In this document: positions 1 to 9,676 of the stretch, piece by piece
How positions within the stretch are numbered: position 1 is the stretch's first letter
How the letters are laid out: each line of letters opens with the position of its first letter
DNA from: an uncultured Clostridia bacterium
Lineage (GTDB): Bacteria; Bacillota; Clostridia; Christensenellales; UBA1242
Assembly (NCBI GenBank): GCA_946491735.1
Contig: CAMLYK010000001.1
Coordinates: 1,769-65,768 of the forward strand
Direction of reading: 5' to 3'
DNA: 64,000 bases
Program-made: the position numbers and the translations under genes
The notes under the pieces: generated by a model
Seen by the model: only the letters and a program-made list of their open reading frames with translations
The model's database searches: none
Told to the model about the DNA's origin: nothing

Positions 1-909
1 TTGAACTCCCAATGCCAAAATTATGGTTATCACAGCAGGCAAACTCTCTGGAATTGCCGCAACCGCAAGGGCCACAGAAGTCATCAATGCGTCCATAAAG
101 CCATTGCCACTTATCAATTCAATCAATAAAATTACCACACAGACTACTAAGACTACATAGGTCAGTATTTTCCCAATTTTGTCAATAGATTTTTGTAACG
201 GTGTGATCTCTTTTTTAGCATTGAATAGTAAATTTGCGATTTTCCCAAGTTCAGTTTCTTTTCCTGTAGCAACCACGACACCTTTTGCTTTCCCTCTGGT
301 CAGCATACTCCCTGAAAACACCATGTTTTTTCGCTCCGCCAGTGGAGTGTTTTTGCTTAAAACCAGATCTGAATTTTTCTCTACCGGTACACTCTCTCCT
401 GTCAGTGAACTTTCATCGACGGACAAATTATTTGTTTCAATTAGTCTTATGTCTGCTTGGGCGACATTGCCCGCTTCCAACTCAACAATATCTCCACGAA
501 CCAATTCCGAACTATCGACGTTGATGACGACGCCATTTCGCACTACTTTTACTATTGTCTTGGAATATTTGTTAAGGTCGTCCAAACATGCTTGTGCTTT
601 ATTCTCTTGAAATACACCTATCAGCGCATTCATTATGACAATAAACAAAATTACAAATCCCTCAAACAGATCTGCATATTCTTTGTTGACGATTGCTATT
701 ACTAGCGACACAATTGCCGACAGCAATAGTATAGCCACCATGATATTTAAAAATTGCTTAAAAAAACTTTTTATGAACGACTGTCTTTTCTCGCGCTCCA
801 TTTCGTTTTTTCCATATTTTTTCAATCTTTGTTGAGCTTCTTTTTGACTTAATCCATTGGGATTGGATTCAACGATTTCAAGTACTTTGTTTGAATTATA
901 ATAATACAT
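1..909 (-). CDS. P-type cation-transporting ATPase (Ca2+-ATPase-like), N-terminal 303 codons; gene continues past the window start
   Basis: Hand translation of the minus strand from ATG 909..907 gives MYYYNSNKVLEIVESNPNGLSQKEAQQRLKKYGKNE... It has the actuator motif SLTGESVPVEK and the TM4 motif PESLPAV, and the frame stays open to base 1. It is missing from the ORF track because the window edge cuts it. The + strand ORFs 179..835 are its antisense shadows. Confidence 0.85.
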   Translation of the reverse strand, partial: MYYYNSNKVLEIVESNPNGLSQKEAQQRLKKYGKNEMEREKRQSFIKSFFKQFLNIMVAILLLSAIVSLVIAIVNKEYADLFEGFVILFIVIMNALIGVFQENKAQACLDDLNKYSKTIVKVVRNGVVINVDSSELVRGDIVELEAGNVAQADIRLIETNNLSVDESSLTGESVPVEKNSDLVLSKNTPLAERKNMVFSGSMLTRGKAKGVVVATGKETELGKIANLLFNAKKEITPLQKSIDKIGKILTYVVLVVCVVILLIELISGNGFMDALMTSVALAVAAIPESLPAVITIILALGVQ

Positions 910-1030
910 ATTGCCTCAATTTAATGTATTAAAAAATTAATATAAATAGAACATATCCATATTTTTAATTAAATCAATTAAAAAAATTGTATTTTGGATT
1001 CTAATGTGATAATATAAAATTGGAGTTTGT

Positions 1031-2881
1031 ATGAACGATGAGATATCAAAACTAAAAAAAGAAACAAAAGTTGATGAAAAAAATTTAAATGAACTAGAAA
1101 AAATCATTAAAGACATGGGATTGAACGAAGAAAGTCTAATTGTTTCTCTAGTTTATATTGCAATACGAAGTGGACAAAAAACTATCGATGAGATTTCCAC
1201 ACTGTATCCAGAAAATGTGATAAATACTGTTAAAATTTTGATGAAATTAGATAAAATTAACTACTCTCAACAAGCGACTGAAGCCGAAAATATACGTAAA
1301 ATGTTCTTTGCTATCACAAAAGACATTCGTACAATCATGCTAAAAATTGCATTTGTAGTGACCGAATTGCGCTATATTGATGATTTGAAGGAAAATGATA
1401 GAATTGAACTAGCAAACTCAATATTTGCATTGTTTGCCCCACTTTCTGCCAGATTGGGATTATCTGCATTTAAAACTGAACTAGAAAATGGCGCTTTTAA
1501 AATTTTAGATCCAAAGAAATATGATGAAATTCAAACCGAAGTGGACCTACGCTTCCACAAACGCCAACCAATTGTCGAAAGATTAAAAATACTCGTGAAT
1601 AATTGCATGCAGGATTTAGATATCAAAGGTAGAGTCTATGGTAGGAAAAAACATATCTACAGCATATACAAGAAATTATCTGATCATTCATTGGACAATA
1701 TTTATGATTTGATCGCCGTTCGAGCAATAGTCAAGACAGTATCCGAATGCTATGCACTTTTGGGACGTCTTCACTCTGTGGTTGAACCAATGCAGGACAG
1801 ATTCAAAGATTATATCGCCATACCTAAGCCAAATGGCTATCAGTCTTTACACACGACAGTTATATTCGAGGGCTTCCCTGTGGAAATTCAGATCCGAACG
1901 GAAGAGATGCACAAATATGCAGAATACGGTGTGGCAGCACACTGGCTATATAAAGAGAAGAAAAACAAACAAGACTCTCTCGACATACGTCTAGCATGGC
2001 TCAGACAAATGATGGAAAATGAAAACGTAAGCATTGATGAATTGGCGAAATCTCTTAGCCAAGATATATACAACAACGAAATCTTTGTCCAAACTCCTAA
2101 GGGAAAGGTTATATACTTGCCATCCGGATCCACTCCAATAGATTTTGCATATGCAATTCATAGTGAAGTTGGGAACAAATGCATTGGAGCAAAGATTAAT
2201 GGGAAAATGTCTACAGTGACATCGATTTTAAATAATGGAGATGTGGTAGAGATTATCACGAATCCGAACTCAAAAGGTCCCTCTCGCGATTGGTTGAAGA
2301 TATGCAAAACTAGTGAAGCTCGCAGCAAAATCAATTCTTTTTTCAAAAAGAATATGAAAGAAGATACTATAAAACTAGGAAAATCACTTTTAGAAAACGC
2401 CATAAAAGACAAAGGATATGTCGTCAACAAGTTATTGACAAAACCTTATCTAGATGAAATCTTAGACTATTATAATATGTCTGAAATAGATGAATTATAC
2501 ACAAATATTGGGACGAACGCAATCTCTGCCAAATACATTGCAAACAAACTAGTAAGTTCGTATCAAAAACAAATCAAACAGGAAGAAAACATAAATACTC
2601 AAGCCACAAAAATCAACCTATCCACTCCAACAGACAAGCAAATTCAGCTAAAAGGTTTAAATAACATATTGATAAAATTTGCAGGCTGTTGCAAACCTAT
2701 GTACGGAGATGATATTGTCGGATTTGTATCAACTGGACGAGGAGTAATAATCCACCGTTCAATCTGCCCTAATTTGAGTTATTTTGATTCCAACAGAATC
2801 ATTGATGCGAGTTGGAAACCTTTAGAAGAAAAAACAAAATCGAGCAAAAAATCTAAAAATATCAAAAAAACGGCAAAATAA
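1031..2881 (+). CDS. relA: RelA/SpoT-family (p)ppGpp synthetase (long RSH)
   Basis: 616 aa. Synthetase motifs YGRKKHIYSIYKKL, DLIAVRAIV, EIQIRTEEMHKYAEYGVAAHWLYKE. TGS domain IFVQTPKGKVIYLPSGSTPIDFAYAIHSEVG. GGAG RBS upstream of the ATG. Confidence 0.9.
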   Translation: MNDEISKLKKETKVDEKNLNELEKIIKDMGLNEESLIVSLVYIAIRSGQKTIDEISTLYPENVINTVKILMKLDKINYSQQATEAENIRKMFFAITKDIRTIMLKIAFVVTELRYIDDLKENDRIELANSIFALFAPLSARLGLSAFKTELENGAFKILDPKKYDEIQTEVDLRFHKRQPIVERLKILVNNCMQDLDIKGRVYGRKKHIYSIYKKLSDHSLDNIYDLIAVRAIVKTVSECYALLGRLHSVVEPMQDRFKDYIAIPKPNGYQSLHTTVIFEGFPVEIQIRTEEMHKYAEYGVAAHWLYKEKKNKQDSLDIRLAWLRQMMENENVSIDELAKSLSQDIYNNEIFVQTPKGKVIYLPSGSTPIDFAYAIHSEVGNKCIGAKINGKMSTVTSILNNGDVVEIITNPNSKGPSRDWLKICKTSEARSKINSFFKKNMKEDTIKLGKSLLENAIKDKGYVVNKLLTKPYLDEILDYYNMSEIDELYTNIGTNAISAKYIANKLVSSYQKQIKQEENINTQATKINLSTPTDKQIQLKGLNNILIKFAGCCKPMYGDDIVGFVSTGRGVIIHRSICPNLSYFDSNRIIDASWKPLEEKTKSSKKSKNIKKTAK

Positions 2882-2977
2882 TTGCTGTTTTTTTATAAAA
2901 TTACAAAATTTATCAATTTTGTTTGTTATTCAAATCAAATTTAGGTATAATATTTATAAATTTTATCTAGGAGAATT

Positions 2978-4153
2978 ATGAAAAAACGAATACTTTTGAC
3001 CTATATGGAATCAGGTATGGGACACATCACATCGATCAAATCAATTTCGGATGCACTGAAAAATCTCAATGATGGCAGCTTGGAGTTGATTGACAGTTAT
3101 ATAATGCAGGAGGATAAAAATCCCACTCTATTGCGATTCAATAATTTTATAATTCATCAGACTAAACAAACCAATAAGATCAAAGGTTATGGCACATTTG
3201 TCTTTACTGTGCTCGAAATTTTGGGCAAACAAAAATTCATGGTCGGAGTCCATCACACATTATTTAGACGTGCATTGAACGAAGCCTTGAAAGCCATTGA
3301 CAAACACAAACCAGATGTGATTGTCAGCACACACTATTTTATGACACTATGTGCGATTGAATATAAAAAACGTTATAATAAAAATTGTATTGTCGTCACC
3401 TATAATCCAGACAACAACATTCATGCTTGGTGGGATAATCGCGATGGTCTATTCATAGTCAACAATCCACAAGCCTATGAAGAAGCGATAAAACGTAGAC
3501 ATTTCAATCCTAATGAAGTAAAACAGGTATATTTTACTGCACGTGATGAAATCATCAATGCACATCAAGACAAACAATTATATAGAGAAAAATATAATAT
3601 ACCGAAAGATAAATTTTGTGTAATAATTGCAGACGGAGCATACGCCAGCGCAAATGCCAAATCTGTTTGCAAGGAGTTGTTGAAAACCAGTTTGCCTATC
3701 ACAATTATTATGTTGGCAGGCAAAAATCAAGAGGTTTATGACTATTTTAAAGCACAAGAAAATACGGTCAATAAAAATATCACATTGATCACTTCTGGCT
3801 TTACCCCAGATGTGCATGAACTTTATTGTGCAAGTGATGTGTTTATAACAAAAGCTGGACCAAATGCCATTCTTGATAGCGTGTTTATGAACACTCCTGT
3901 AATTGTAGACTATTATGCTCATCCAATAGAAAAAGCCACAACAAAACTATTCATTGATAAATTTAAGTGCGGTATGGCGATATATAAACCTAAGAAAATT
4001 AGGAAAAAGATTGAAGAAATCATTCAAAACCCTGATCTATTAAAACCTTATATTGATAATTGCAAAAAGATTGATAAAAATCAAAATGGTGCCGAAGATG
4101 TGGCAAAATTTATCATAGAGGAAATAAAAAAGTTAGATGAAAAAACCAATTGA
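2978..4153 (+). CDS. GT28-type diacylglycerol glycosyltransferase (MGDG synthase / UgtP-YpfP-like)
   Basis: 391 aa. N-terminal ESGMGHITS glycine-His loop. Layout is colinear by eye with B. subtilis UgtP (HKPDVIVSTHYF; VVTYNPDNNIHAWW...FIVNNPQAYEE). Its last 17 nt overlap the next gene. Ends in TGA. Confidence 0.7.
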   Translation: MKKRILLTYMESGMGHITSIKSISDALKNLNDGSLELIDSYIMQEDKNPTLLRFNNFIIHQTKQTNKIKGYGTFVFTVLEILGKQKFMVGVHHTLFRRALNEALKAIDKHKPDVIVSTHYFMTLCAIEYKKRYNKNCIVVTYNPDNNIHAWWDNRDGLFIVNNPQAYEEAIKRRHFNPNEVKQVYFTARDEIINAHQDKQLYREKYNIPKDKFCVIIADGAYASANAKSVCKELLKTSLPITIIMLAGKNQEVYDYFKAQENTVNKNITLITSGFTPDVHELYCASDVFITKAGPNAILDSVFMNTPVIVDYYAHPIEKATTKLFIDKFKCGMAIYKPKKIRKKIEEIIQNPDLLKPYIDNCKKIDKNQNGAEDVAKFIIEEIKKLDEKTN

Positions 4154-5072
4154 CACCACGTATAAATATGATGAACATGCCATGGAACTCAATCCTAATT
4201 CAGAAGAATACAAAGCAATTCTTGATAGATTGGCTACAGAGGGAGAATTTGATGTACATACGACAAAATTCAAAACCAGCAATGCAAAGCAAATCAATGG
4301 CAAATATGTATATGTTCCTAAAAATGTTCTATATAAAATTACACGTGCTGTATGCAAAACAATATTATATGTATTTCGTCCATTAATTAATGGTCTAGCT
4401 TTTCATTTGAAAGTCAAAGGCAGAAAAAATTTAAAGGGAATAAAATCCGCTGTCACAATAAGCAATCACGTACATTACCTAGATATTCTCATGAACATGC
4501 AAGCAATCAACAAAAAAAATTTTTATGTGCTAGCTGCCAATCACAATATGAAACGCGGTCCAGTAGGATATATCTTCAAAGCATGTGGAGTGTTGCCATT
4601 GTCTTCCTCAATTGATGCATCCATCAACTTGAATAAGACCATCAAAAACATTTTAAGCAAAGGAGGATTTGTACACATCTATGCAGAATCTGCACTTTGG
4701 TTTAGATATGAAAGAAGCAGACCACTCAAAATCGGTGCATTCAAAATCGCCAGCGAAAATAATGTCCCAGTAATTCCCACTGTGATACTGTTTAGAAATA
4801 AAAGCAAACTTGAATTTTTCAGACGAAAAAAGACTATCACTATTCAGATTGGTCCCGCTATATATCCCGATCCAAATTTAAGCATACGTGAGAGTGCAGA
4901 GAAGATGCGTGAAATCTGCCAAAAATATTATAACGATACCGTATGCGACTTTTATGGTTATGACAAATCCACATATAGCATATATGAATCACCAAAAAAA
5001 TCCAATTCAAAGACACTAGACATAAATGCAAATGTAGCCACAATAGATGAAGATGAAACGGACAAAATTTAA
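4137..5072 (+). CDS. Lysophospholipid acyltransferase family protein (PlsC-like), paralog 1
   Basis: 311 aa. HX4D motif in TISNHVHYLD and second block VHIYAESALW. Clear paralog of 7142..7981 (KGxxNLKGIKSAxxxxNH). Confidence 0.75.
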   Translation: MKKPIDTTYKYDEHAMELNPNSEEYKAILDRLATEGEFDVHTTKFKTSNAKQINGKYVYVPKNVLYKITRAVCKTILYVFRPLINGLAFHLKVKGRKNLKGIKSAVTISNHVHYLDILMNMQAINKKNFYVLAANHNMKRGPVGYIFKACGVLPLSSSIDASINLNKTIKNILSKGGFVHIYAESALWFRYERSRPLKIGAFKIASENNVPVIPTVILFRNKSKLEFFRRKKTITIQIGPAIYPDPNLSIRESAEKMREICQKYYNDTVCDFYGYDKSTYSIYESPKKSNSKTLDINANVATIDEDETDKI

Positions 5073-5081
5073 TATGAAAAT

Positions 5082-5110
5082 AAAAAATCGACTGAAAAGC
5101 CGATTTTTTT
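5082..5110. terminator. Bidirectional rho-independent terminator hairpin
   Basis: aaaaaatcg / cgatttttt stem around a 10-nt loop. It lies between convergent genes ending at 5072 (+) and 5109 (-). Confidence 0.6.
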
Positions 5111-5348
5111 AAGCAAGTACTTTTGGTTCTTTGAAAATACAAATGCAGATAATATCAACAAGCCAAAGTGCAATCCATCCCAAAATTATCCATAGAATTC
5201 CACCAAGTATCAAAGAAATTTTGCCATATGCTGCACCTTTGATTATACGATATACCGCCCATATTAAGTCTAGTACAGGTAGTGCAAAGACAATTTTTAA
5301 CCATAGCGGTGCATCATCCATCCATTTTACAAATCCTTTCATGTTCAC
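5109..5348 (-). CDS. Small integral membrane protein, function unknown
   Basis: 79 aa with two hydrophobic helices (LWLKIVFALPVLDLIWAVY; LILGGILWIILGWIALWLVDIICICIF). Opposite orientation inside the lipid cluster. Confidence 0.5.
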   Translation of the reverse strand: MNMKGFVKWMDDAPLWLKIVFALPVLDLIWAVYRIIKGAAYGKISLILGGILWIILGWIALWLVDIICICIFKEPKVLA

Positions 5349-5464
5349 TCCTTTTTAATAATATTAATATTATACATAAATTATTACCATTTAGCAAACA
5401 AATTTATCTAAATATCAAAAATAAACTTTAATTAAGCATACTTTTAATATCAAATACAAAAAAC

Positions 5465-5493
5465 TTGACAAAATATCAAAAAATTATGATAAT
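5465..5493 (+). promoter_or_regulatory. Sigma-70-type promoter
   Basis: TTGACA (5465..5470), 17-nt spacer, GATAAT (5488..5493). Followed by the GAGGAG RBS and ATG 5511. Confidence 0.6.
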
Positions 5494-5510
5494 AAAAATG
5501 AGGAGAAAAA

Positions 5511-6293
5511 ATGAAATATGGAGATATCATCTATTATGATGACGAACTAAATGATGAAATAATTGATTTTAAAATCAAATCAATCAAGATAGATGAAAAT
5601 TATACATATATTCACAAAAATCCTTTTTATAAATTTTGGTCATTTTTTACTTATAGATTAATTGCCACACCGGCTATTTGGATTTACTATAGATTATTTA
5701 AAAAGATTAAATTTGAAAACAAAAAAATCTTAAAGCAAGTAAAAAATGGAGGCTACTTTATTTATGCCAATCACACCAATCAATTCTCAGATGGATTCAG
5801 TCCCACACTAATTTGTTTTCCCAAAAAGCCATATATAATTGTAAATCCAGACAATGTATCAATTAAGTTTTGGGGCAAGTTCACTCGTATGTGGGGAGCA
5901 CTCCCTCTGCCAGATACTATTGTTGCTGCAAAGAAATTTAATCAAGCTATTGAACATATATTATCTAAGGACAATCCTATTCTCATTTATCCAGAAGCAC
6001 ACTTGTGGCCATATTATACCAAAATTAGACCATTTGACAATAAATCTTTTCGTTATCCTGTGAATTTAAACAAACCAGTATTCACTTTTACCACAACCTA
6101 TCACAAAAGGAAACATTCAAAAAAACCAAAAATTGTTATTTATGTAGATGGACCATTTTATCCTGATCGCTCGCTGGATAAAAAATCAGCAATGCAAAAA
6201 CTCAGGGATGAAGTCTATCAAAAAATGTGTGAGCGAGCAAAACTTAGTGACTATGAATTTGTCAAATATGTTAAAAGGAGCAAAGATGATTAA
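5511..6293 (+). CDS. Acyltransferase-family protein (PlsC/LPLAT-like), divergent paralog 2
   Basis: 260 aa. YANHTNQFSD block and LIYPEAHLWPY block are colinear with the other two acyltransferases. The His-to-Asp spacing is one residue longer than canonical HX4D. Confidence 0.6.
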   Translation: MKYGDIIYYDDELNDEIIDFKIKSIKIDENYTYIHKNPFYKFWSFFTYRLIATPAIWIYYRLFKKIKFENKKILKQVKNGGYFIYANHTNQFSDGFSPTLICFPKKPYIIVNPDNVSIKFWGKFTRMWGALPLPDTIVAAKKFNQAIEHILSKDNPILIYPEAHLWPYYTKIRPFDNKSFRYPVNLNKPVFTFTTTYHKRKHSKKPKIVIYVDGPFYPDRSLDKKSAMQKLRDEVYQKMCERAKLSDYEFVKYVKRSKDD

Positions 6294-7104
6294 TATTCTA
6301 TTCGGCGGCAACTATAAGGTTTATGACGGAATCTTATTATGTCTTATGTCAATGACTAAATATACAAATGAGGAATTGAACATATTTATTCTTTCTGCCG
6401 AACTTACCGAACTTAATCCTGACTATCGTCCTATTTCGGAAGACAATCGAAAATTTTTAGACTGTTTAGTCAAACAAAAAAATCCTAATAGTCAAGTCAA
6501 ATTGATAATATTGGGAGATGAATTTAAAGATTGGATAACAAAATCTCAAAATAAACTTAGTGTATACACTCCATATACATTTCTTAGACTGTTTGCGGAC
6601 AAAATTGAATCAATTCCAGACAAAATCATATATCTAGACACGGACATGATGCTTAACGGGGATATAAAAGAACTCTTTGATATAGATATTTCAAACTACG
6701 AATTAGGAGTAGTGAAAGATAGATACGGTCATATCTTCATTCGCCCAAAATATTTCAATGCGGGCATGCTTTTAATGAATATGAAAATGATCAAAGAAAC
6801 AAAACTATTCGACAGAGTGAAAGAACTATGCATCAATAAAAAAATGGGATTCCCTGATCAGACTGCATTAAATAAATGTTGCAAAAAGAAACTTTTTCTC
6901 CCTCGCCGCTTCAATGAACAAGGCAACTTATGCCCTGATACAATCATTCAACATTTTAGCAAACGAATCAAATGGTTACCATATTTTCACACTCAAAACG
7001 TGAAGCCTTGGCAGATAGATAAAGTGCACGAAGTGTACAAATGGCATCAATACGATGATATATATGATCAATTTATAAAAATAAAAAATGAAAAGACAAA
7101 ATAA
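6286..7104 (+). CDS. GT8-family glycosyltransferase
   Basis: Start re-called to ATG 6286 (MINILFGG...), which has an AAAGGAG RBS at 6274..6280 and an 8-nt overlap with the upstream gene. DxD motif YLDTDMMLNGD and FNAGMLLMNMKMIKE are typical of GT8. Confidence 0.75.
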   Translation: MINILFGGNYKVYDGILLCLMSMTKYTNEELNIFILSAELTELNPDYRPISEDNRKFLDCLVKQKNPNSQVKLIILGDEFKDWITKSQNKLSVYTPYTFLRLFADKIESIPDKIIYLDTDMMLNGDIKELFDIDISNYELGVVKDRYGHIFIRPKYFNAGMLLMNMKMIKETKLFDRVKELCINKKMGFPDQTALNKCCKKKLFLPRRFNEQGNLCPDTIIQHFSKRIKWLPYFHTQNVKPWQIDKVHEVYKWHQYDDIYDQFIKIKNEKTK

Positions 7105-7141
7105 CTTTTTACTGAAAATTAACTGAAATAAAAGGACAAAA

Positions 7142-7981
7142 ATGTTAAGTGTAGATATATTAAAAGAAGATCCAAATGAATATAAAAAATATATTGAGAT
7201 TCAGGCTCAATTTGAGCGTGATGGCAATTTCAACACCGACATAAATGAAAATTCATATGATGGAACGCTGCCAGTCACTGAAGATTTTGAATTTATCAAA
7301 AAGGGAATAAAAAATGCTTTTAAGCATGCAATATATTCTACTGCGATGCGAATTTATACAAATAAGATTTGTAAACTTTTGAAAGTCGAAATCAAAGGGA
7401 AAGAAAATTTGAAAGGGATAAAATCTGCCATAATCACTTGCAACCATATCAGCAAATTTGATTCATTTGCAATTAGAAAAGCGGTGGGTATCAATATCAT
7501 GTTCGTGGCTGCGGACTATAATAACTGGGCAGGCACAATGGGAGAAACTGCTAGACACACTGGATATCTTCCTTTATCCAACAAGTATAGTGTTATGAAA
7601 AAATTTAATCAGGCGATGGAATACTATTTGAATAAAGGGAAAAAGATTTTAATTTATCCAGAACAAGCCATGTGGAGAGATTATGAAAAACCAAGACCAA
7701 TGAAAGATGGAGCTTTCCACTATGCAGTGAAACACGATGTACCCGTGCTTCCACTTTTCATCACATTCCGAAATAGCGGGATTGTAGAAAATGGAATTGA
7801 ATTAAAATACTACACTGTCAATATATTAAAACCAATATATAAACAAACTAATTTAACTGACAAAGAAAACATAGACTATATGCGTAAAACTAATTATGCA
7901 AGGTGGAAAGAGTGTTACGAAAACACATATAATAGACCACTAACTTACACAACACTTGACAAATCCAAAATCAAAATTTAA
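7142..7981 (+). CDS. Lysophospholipid acyltransferase family protein (PlsC-like), paralog 3
   Basis: 279 aa. HX4D in ITCNHISKFDS and ILIYPEQAMWRDY block. N-terminal region and KGKENLKGIKSAII match paralog 1. Confidence 0.75.
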   Translation: MLSVDILKEDPNEYKKYIEIQAQFERDGNFNTDINENSYDGTLPVTEDFEFIKKGIKNAFKHAIYSTAMRIYTNKICKLLKVEIKGKENLKGIKSAIITCNHISKFDSFAIRKAVGINIMFVAADYNNWAGTMGETARHTGYLPLSNKYSVMKKFNQAMEYYLNKGKKILIYPEQAMWRDYEKPRPMKDGAFHYAVKHDVPVLPLFITFRNSGIVENGIELKYYTVNILKPIYKQTNLTDKENIDYMRKTNYARWKECYENTYNRPLTYTTLDKSKIKI

Positions 7982-8002
7982 TTACAAATTGAAATATCAA
8001 AT

Positions 8003-8028
8003 AAAGATAGTGAGTTGCTATCTTTTTT
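8003..8028 (+). terminator. Rho-independent terminator
   Basis: agatag / ctatct stem with a 7-nt loop, followed by a T-run. It sits 22 nt after the stop at 7981. Confidence 0.6.
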
Positions 8029-8170
8029 AATTTAGTATTACTTGTGAATTTAATATACAATATATTTTTTTCTACAAACTAAATAAAATTTGTTGTATTT
8101 TATTAATTCATTTGTTTGAAAAAATTGTCTACAGATGATATAATAATAACGTCTAATTTTAGGAGAATGT

Positions 8171-9268
8171 ATGAGTAATCAGTTTAAAATCATTGTAATG
8201 AGCAATTTTAAAGACAGAGGTGCAATTATCGGAGAATATATAAAACAAAACCTCAAAACTGATGATTCAAACATAATTTATGCCAAGAACGAAAGATTTC
8301 AAAATGGCGAAGGCAAAGTTATCCTAACAGAAAGTGTTAGAAACAAAACCATATTTATAATTAGTGATGTATCAAATTACGGTGAAACATATACAATGTA
8401 TGGGCACATCAATCACATGAGTCCAGATGAACATTTCCAAGATATCAAACGTACTATTTCAGCAATTGCAGGTAAGGCAAAAAAAATAATAGTCATTATG
8501 CCTCTACTCTATCAATCAAGACAACATAGAAGACTGATGCGCGAATCTCTAGATTGTGCAATGGCTCTTCAAGATTTGGAACATTTAGGTGTAGATAGCG
8601 TGCTGACATTTGACGCTCATGATATTAATATTCAAAATGCAGTATCCAGAATGAGTTTTGATTCATTCTTCCCTAATTATCAAGTTATGAAGACCCTTTT
8701 GAAAAAGGAAGATTTCAAAATTGACAAAGACAATATGATAGTTATCAGTCCTGACACTGGCGCAATGCAAAGAGCAATCAAATATGCCAATATGCTTGGA
8801 CTAGATGTTGGTATGTTCTACAAAAGACGAGATTACACCCAAATTGTGAATGGGAAAAACCCTGTCGTTCAACATGAATATTTGGGTCGAGATGTGAAAG
8901 GAAAATACATATTAATCGTAGACGATATGATAGCCTCGGGTGGTTCAGTAATTGATGTGGCAACCGAAATGAAAAAACGCGGTGCCCTAGGCGCATATAT
9001 TGTCGCGACATTTTCTTTCTTCACTGACGGAATTGAAAAATTTGAAGACGCATACAAAAAGGGAATAATCAAGAAAATTTATACTACAAACCTTACATAT
9101 TTGCCAAACGAATATAAAGGCAAATTGTGGATATGCTTAGTCGATTGTCTTGAATTCTTAGCCCGCATTATCACAAACATTATAGAAGGTCAAAGCATCA
9201 GCTATCTCGTCGACTCTGACGAAAAGATAAAACAACTTCTGCTCGAACATAACCGCCACCTAGTTTAA
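8171..9268 (+). CDS. prs: Ribose-phosphate pyrophosphokinase (PRPP synthetase), long form
   Basis: 365 aa. MPLLYQSRQHRR, VLTFDAHD and PRPP-binding loop ILIVDDMIASGGS. AGGAG RBS. Confidence 0.85.
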   Translation: MSNQFKIIVMSNFKDRGAIIGEYIKQNLKTDDSNIIYAKNERFQNGEGKVILTESVRNKTIFIISDVSNYGETYTMYGHINHMSPDEHFQDIKRTISAIAGKAKKIIVIMPLLYQSRQHRRLMRESLDCAMALQDLEHLGVDSVLTFDAHDINIQNAVSRMSFDSFFPNYQVMKTLLKKEDFKIDKDNMIVISPDTGAMQRAIKYANMLGLDVGMFYKRRDYTQIVNGKNPVVQHEYLGRDVKGKYILIVDDMIASGGSVIDVATEMKKRGALGAYIVATFSFFTDGIEKFEDAYKKGIIKKIYTTNLTYLPNEYKGKLWICLVDCLEFLARIITNIIEGQSISYLVDSDEKIKQLLLEHNRHLV

Positions 9269-9337
9269 TCTATAAATGTAAATTGGACTTTTAATACTCT
9301 AATTCCAATAATAATTAGAAATTTTTTTTGATGCCGA

Positions 9338-9365
9338 TTGACATATTCAATTTTTCCCCTATAAT
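9338..9365 (+). promoter_or_regulatory. Sigma-70-type promoter (distal, P1)
   Basis: TTGACA (9338..9343), 16-nt spacer, TATAAT (9360..9365). No ORF follows, so it would give a ~180-nt AT-rich leader into the tRNA. Confidence 0.45.
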
Positions 9366-9472
9366 CAATCGTCTGCATTGAAGAATTTATTTTCCAATAA
9401 ATATTAAAATATTTTAAATTTAACCTAATTAAATCAAATGTGCTAAATATAAAATTTTATAATTAATATACA

Positions 9473-9501
9473 TTGACAAACATTTTAATTAATGTTAGAA
9501 T
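9473..9501 (+). promoter_or_regulatory. Sigma-70-type promoter (proximal, P2) for tRNA-Thr
   Basis: TTGACA (9473..9478), 17-nt spacer ending in TGt (extended -10), TAGAAT (9496..9501). About 45 nt upstream of the tRNA. Confidence 0.65.
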
Positions 9502-9550
9502 AAAATTGCATTGTTAAATCAAATTAAAAATCTCAATAATTTCAGCATTT

Positions 9551-9625
9551 GCTACTGTGGCTCAGCGGTAGAGCACCACCTTGGTAAGGTGGGGGTCGCG
9601 GGTTCGATTCCCGCCAGTAGCTCCA
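9551..9625 (+). tRNA. tRNA-Thr (anticodon GGU), CCA encoded
   Basis: Acceptor stem GCTACTG/CAGTAGC. Anticodon stem CCACC/GGTGG with loop TTGGTAA. T-arm GCGGGTTCGATTCCCGC. 3' TCCA. Confidence 0.9.
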
Positions 9626-9631
9626 AACTAA

Positions 9632-9676
9632 AAAATCGCTAAACTCTTTTATTTATAAGGGTTTTAGCGATTTTTT
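9632..9676 (+). terminator. Rho-independent terminator after the tRNA
   Basis: atcgctaaa / tttagcgat stem followed by TTTTTT. Confidence 0.55.

Noticed and set aside
179-835. Four + strand ORFs (179..610, 285..524, 457..705, 635..835) at the window start
   Set aside because: They lie antisense to a clearly recognisable P-type ATPase reading frame on the minus strand (1..909). Their products are low-complexity and match no family.
6148-6285. Long N-terminal extension of the GT8 ORF as listed in the track
   Set aside because: It overlaps the preceding acyltransferase gene by 146 nt in another frame and has no RBS. ATG 6286 has an AAAGGAG RBS and gives a typical GT8 N-terminus.
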